NCBI GenBank assembly: GCA_020431985.1
Contig: JAGQHF010000084.1
Span: 1-60,095, forward strand
DNA: 60,095 nt
From: Nitrosarchaeum sp.
GTDB taxonomy: Archaea; Thermoproteota; Nitrososphaeria; Nitrososphaerales; Nitrosopumilaceae
Direction: 5' to 3'
Shown here piece by piece: positions 58,999 through 60,095 of this stretch (position 1 is its first letter; each line of letters starts with the position of its first letter). The notes under the pieces are model-generated. The model saw only the letters and a list, made by a program, of their open reading frames with translations. It ran no database searches and was not told the origin of the DNA. The position numbers and the translations under genes are program-made.

Positions 58999-59583
58999 AT
59001 GTCAGACTCTAAACCACATCATGTCGTAGGAGTAGAGTTTCTCAAGAAAAACGGACTGGATGTAGACCAATTGATAAAAGAATTGGTAACCAATGCATCT
59101 GTCGAGTTTGTAGCATACTACTACTTTACAAATCTCAGATCATTCTGTACAGGAATGGAAGGAGAGGGAATCAAAGGAGTGATTGAAGATGCAAGGCTTG
59201 AGGATTTGAGTCATTTTGAATCATGCATTGACAGGATATTCCAACTTGGAGGAGAGTTTCCAAAAGACATCATAGACTTCTGCAAGCAGGCTGGCGCTGA
59301 TTTTTTGCAGTCAGACAAGAGCACCACTCTAAAAGAGATTTTAGAAAAGTGTTTGAAAGCAGAACAAGGAGCCATAATTAATTGGAACAAAATATGCCAA
59401 ATGACTCATGGTAAGGATCCTATGACATATGAAATTGCAGCAAACATTCTTGCTGAAGAAATAGAACACGAATCTTGGTTCTTGGAATTACTAGACGGCA
59501 GACCATCAGGACATATGAGAAGAAGATATTCTGGTGAGCGACCACATACTAGCAAGCATTCCAGATCCCTGGATAGCCTGTAA
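58999..59583 (+). CDS. DPS-like (DPSL) ferritin-superfamily protein
   Basis: EFVAYYYFT, IEDARLEDLSHFE, DPMTY...EEIEHESWF, PSGHMRR. Confidence 0.88.
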   Translation: MSDSKPHHVVGVEFLKKNGLDVDQLIKELVTNASVEFVAYYYFTNLRSFCTGMEGEGIKGVIEDARLEDLSHFESCIDRIFQLGGEFPKDIIDFCKQAGADFLQSDKSTTLKEILEKCLKAEQGAIINWNKICQMTHGKDPMTYEIAANILAEEIEHESWFLELLDGRPSGHMRRRYSGERPHTSKHSRSLDSL

Positions 59584-59689
59584 CTTCTTTTTTCTTATTT
59601 TTAGTCAAAACTTTGAATGTAAAATGAACAAACTAGCTAGCTTTTAGCGAAACTTGTATAATAAATAGAAAAAACAACAATAAGATACA

Positions 59690-60016
59690 ATGGTAAAACA
59701 GATTAGTCTGGACTCTTGGCAAATTCAACACATGACGGAGTTGTTAAGAAAAGGTTCTGATTATGTGACGAAAACAAACAAGCCTATAATCCTGTACAGG
59801 CAAACACTTGAAGAGGAGGACGAGTCATATGAGGAGATTGTGTGCAGCTTAACCAAAGGTTATGTCATTGAGCAACTAGTTGTTTCTGGAGGAGTCTTGG
59901 TTCCTAGCTTTCATCAGCAGTTTGTGTTCACCATTGAAGATTTTCCGCAGCAATTACTTCGAAAGAGCCGCGATCGGTTTTTGCAGGTAATTGATTTTCT
60001 GGAAAAACTAGAGTAA
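59690..60016 (+). CDS. Hypothetical protein
   Basis: ORF track; TATA-like box upstream. Confidence 0.7.
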   Translation: MVKQISLDSWQIQHMTELLRKGSDYVTKTNKPIILYRQTLEEEDESYEEIVCSLTKGYVIEQLVVSGGVLVPSFHQQFVFTIEDFPQQLLRKSRDRFLQVIDFLEKLE

Positions 60017-60095
60017 CTCATAGTTAATAAATGCCGTAATTTGCATGAATTTTGCATGCGATTATTAGAATTTCAAGCAAAGGAATTATTTAGAG

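Noticed and set aside
58160-59029. 227-aa antisense ORF in ileS and 66-aa ORF before DPSL
   Set aside because: Shadow ORFs without motifs; the second spans a hairpin and promoter and overlaps the DPSL start

Overview
AT-rich archaeal chromosome segment. Gene content (PEFG-CTERM protein, Cdv/ESCRT genes, cupredoxin, DPSL, orphan atpF) points to an ammonia-oxidising Nitrosopumilaceae-like thaumarchaeon. Most of the window is housekeeping: ilvB/ilvH/leuA/leuB, carA/carB, cdvC, citrate synthase, uvrB/uvrA/uvrC, purN/folD/purD and ileS. Two things stand out. (1) carB is interrupted at its conserved GEAGE|FDYSG motif by a 21-nt stop-containing insert (15676-15696). The insert folds into a bulge-helix-bulge-like structure whose canonical cut positions restore the protein exactly, so it looks like an archaeal endonuclease-spliced intron in an mRNA. 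(2) A ~5.1-kb integrated element (35208-40327) sits in the uvrB promoter. It carries a tyrosine integrase, an HUH rolling-circle Rep, an RHH/zinc micro-ORF operon, a wHTH regulator and a coupled DUF5343-like + Swt1-like HEPN pair, and is bounded by a 16-bp imperfect direct repeat plus sub-terminal inverted repeats. Several micro-ORFs below the ORF-track cutoff were read by hand. No rRNA, tRNA or CRISPR array was recognised. All family assignments come from motif recognition, not database searches.
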